From: Moniliella sp. 'wahieum' | Lineage: Eukaryota | Assembly (NCBI GenBank): GCA_003971905.1 | Contig: RSEE01000010.1 | Location: 434,001-498,000, forward strand | Reading direction: 5' to 3' | DNA length: 64,000 nt | Shown here: positions 61,971 to 64,000 of the stretch, piece by piece | Layout: every line of letters begins with the position of its first letter | How positions within the stretch are numbered: the stretch's first letter is position 1 | Notes under the pieces: model-generated | What the model was told of the DNA's origin: nothing | Databases searched by the model: none | Seen by the model: the letters and a program-made list of their open reading frames with translations, nothing else | Position numbers and translations under genes: made by a program

Positions 61971-62117
61971 GATTCCCGTGAGATCAATATTCAATCCCGA
62001 TTCCCGTGAGATCAATGCCGATTCCAGTGAAGTCAATGCCGATTACAGTGAGGTCAATGCCGATTCCAGTGAGGTCAATGCCGATTCTACAGTGAGATCA
62101 ATGCCGATTCCATGAGG
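61971..62117 (+). repeat. 21-bp minisatellite (GATTCCAGTGAGGTCAATGCC) x ~7
   Basis: Imperfect tandem units read directly. Confidence 0.9.
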
Positions 62118-62862
62118 TTCTTGGAGCTCAGAACGTCGGTCCCGTTCCGCCCCTGCCGTTCACGCCTCCCACTGTCATGCAATCATGCACCTCAGGCTTG
62201 ACCTCAAGGTACACTCCAGCGTGTAATGCTGCCTAACCAGTGACTAGCCAGGTCGGCACAGCTCTCTTCTATATCCGGACCTAACCCACCTCTCAGGACC
62301 TATAGACTCCCATCCTTCTCTGGCCCCAGCTGAGCTGACTAGCACTCCCTACCGCGATGGTAGTCGACCGTGTATATATAGTACCTTGACGTTCATCGTT
62401 GGCCGAGGGGTGTCCATCAAATATGTAGCAAAAGTTCTGGGCTCTTTTAGAAGCCTATAAAGTCTCTGTTGTCTCTTCTGACCTCGGTCTCACACGAACA
62501 ATGCCGAGAACATATCATTCTTTTTCAGCATATTCGTCTCCATCTTCTTTCAAAAGTGTATATGGAAATGATGAGTGAGAAGCACAGACGCAATCCACCA
62601 TCCACTGTAGTACTAATATAGCCTCCATATATGTACTCACATGATGCGGGGAGAGTAAGGGGGGGGGGGGTGCTATCCGCCAAAAATACAATAACGTGGA
62701 GTGGATGCGCCGCGCGTCCAAGAGTACCTCTATTATATATCAGTACATCAGTAGAGTGTAGAGCAACCGAATCCGAACTCCACGCATCACCCTCTTCCCC
62801 GGGCAGTGCACCCCCCAACACAAAGAAGTCAGTTTCCCCTCAGTACTAGAGAACGTCCATTT

Positions 62863-63373
62863 CATTGGCAGACTTAAGAAGGCTGGGACAGGGGAACGCT
62901 ACGTCTAAACCTAACCGTTCATCTTGCGGGGGTTACTTAGGGGCGCCACCAGGGTCAAGGAACCAGGGGGATCGCCAGGATATCAGGACCCTCCGGCTCA
63001 CGCCATCCGGTCCCGTACCCTAGGAAGCGCGTATGGACACGGAGGAACGTGGTTGACATCCGAGCGAGGAACCATTTCCACTGAGACTTAGTAGCCAACT
63101 CCTTCCAATGCACAAACAACTTGCTCGCCGTCTTGGTGCCGTAGTATCCTCGCGTCGTCAAAACCAGGGGGAAAAACGTCTCTTGAGTGCGTCCCTGGTA
63201 CTTGGCGTTCTTCTCGCATTCTGCTTGTTCAAGCATCCGAAGCAGCTCCTTCTCCCGGCGTTCCAAGGGGGGTTGCGGTGCTCGCGTGCACCACCCTCCG
63301 GAACGCGCTCTGCGCTGCCAGTGATCCTATATAATGCTCTACTGTTCCTCTCGTCTATAAAAGTTTTTGCCAC
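62863..63373 (-). mobile_element. 5'-truncated CRE/Cnl1-like non-LTR retrotransposon (copy B) with C-terminal restriction-like endonuclease remnant
   Basis: RALYRITGSA...EKNAKYQ...FFPLVLTTRGYYG fits the (R/K)xD...ExxKxxKY...FxPxVxxxxG layout of REL endonucleases; stop at 62955, short 3' UTR, conserved terminus at 62863. Confidence 0.65.
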
Positions 63374-64000
63374 TTGAAATGAAAGAGACAGATTTTTGTG
63401 TTAGACGTGGTACATGTTAGGCACAGTCTCTCGCTCGAGGCCCCACTGTCTTAATATTTGCTGTGACGCGTGACGGCGTTCTCGAAGCTCTCGACCCTCT
63501 GTTGGTCCCCTGGCGACTTGAACGCGGGGGTAACCGGTAATGGGTAATGGAACGCGTAGCTAGAGCACAATATATAACTGGCATAACCTCCTGGCGCGCG
63601 GTAATACATACGGCACTCTGCCCTTTTAATTGTATTTTCGCAGACTATTCGATCGTTGTGGGACCACACTACGCAGCGGTACTAATTGTACAACCGCTCT
63701 CCTCCACAGCTGCCCGCCCAGGGGGCGCAATTTCCTCTGCTCCTTGGGCAGCACTGTGCGCCTTGGCGTTTTTGTGGCGCGCACCCGGCACTGGCATTGT
63801 ATCTGTCGCCTAGTACTGACAACTGGCATACCCGCGGCAGGGGCACACGTCGGCGCGTGGCTCGTGGCTCGTGCGCCTTATTATATATATAGGAAAAGTG
63901 CCTCCGTCAGAGTTAATTCGTTCGCACCACCATCTCTGTCGTTAGAGTCGTTGTCGCTACCGCATCATGGCTTTGCACGCAGCGCTTACTCCACCTCGGT

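Noticed and set aside
61971..62117. CRISPR-like appearance of the 21-bp repeats
   Set aside because: Units are contiguous with no unique spacers; eukaryotic context; no cas genes.
61684..63203. RIP-like hypermutation between the two retrocopies
   Set aside because: Differences include many transversions and conservative substitutions, not a directional C-to-T pattern.
1..64000. tRNA, rRNA, snoRNA or hammerhead ribozyme genes
   Set aside because: No convincing cloverleaf, rRNA signature or hammerhead core seen by eye; tRNAscan-SE/Infernal would be needed to exclude them.

Overview
Eukaryotic, intron-containing, GC-rich fungal DNA. It is most likely a basidiomycete of the smut lineage (Ustilaginomycotina), inferred from the kinesin-3 N-terminus and the GTRNGT...CTRAC...YAG introns. 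About 17 protein-coding genes are recognisable: GH5 exo-beta-1,3-glucanase, UBX protein, RPN2, QRI7-like t6A enzyme, Mcp2-like PUF protein, a large orphan, Mtr-type amino-acid permease, OXR1, GDI1, ExoIII/APE1-like AP endonuclease, CTF18, SFH1, kinesin-3, class III sirtuin, SEC63, PMT1 and a DHA1 MFS transporter. Nearly all carry scattered single-base frameshifts, best explained as uncorrected long-read indels, so CDS bounds are approximate spans. The long intergenic blocks (20-23, 25-30, 56, 59-64 kb) hold Helitron 3' ends, remnants of a CRE/Cnl1-like non-LTR retrotransposon whose ~35-bp terminus occurs six times, a ~140-bp inverted repeat and minisatellites. The most unusual signal is a family of non-coding 7-bp arrays with the grammar (TNA + any palindromic tetramer)n. 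The arrays examined nearly always start or end on a half-tetramer, and in one case two units interrupt a conserved retroelement terminus. This suggests a locally templated 7-nt insertion process rather than a binding motif. All calls were made by eye, without database searches.
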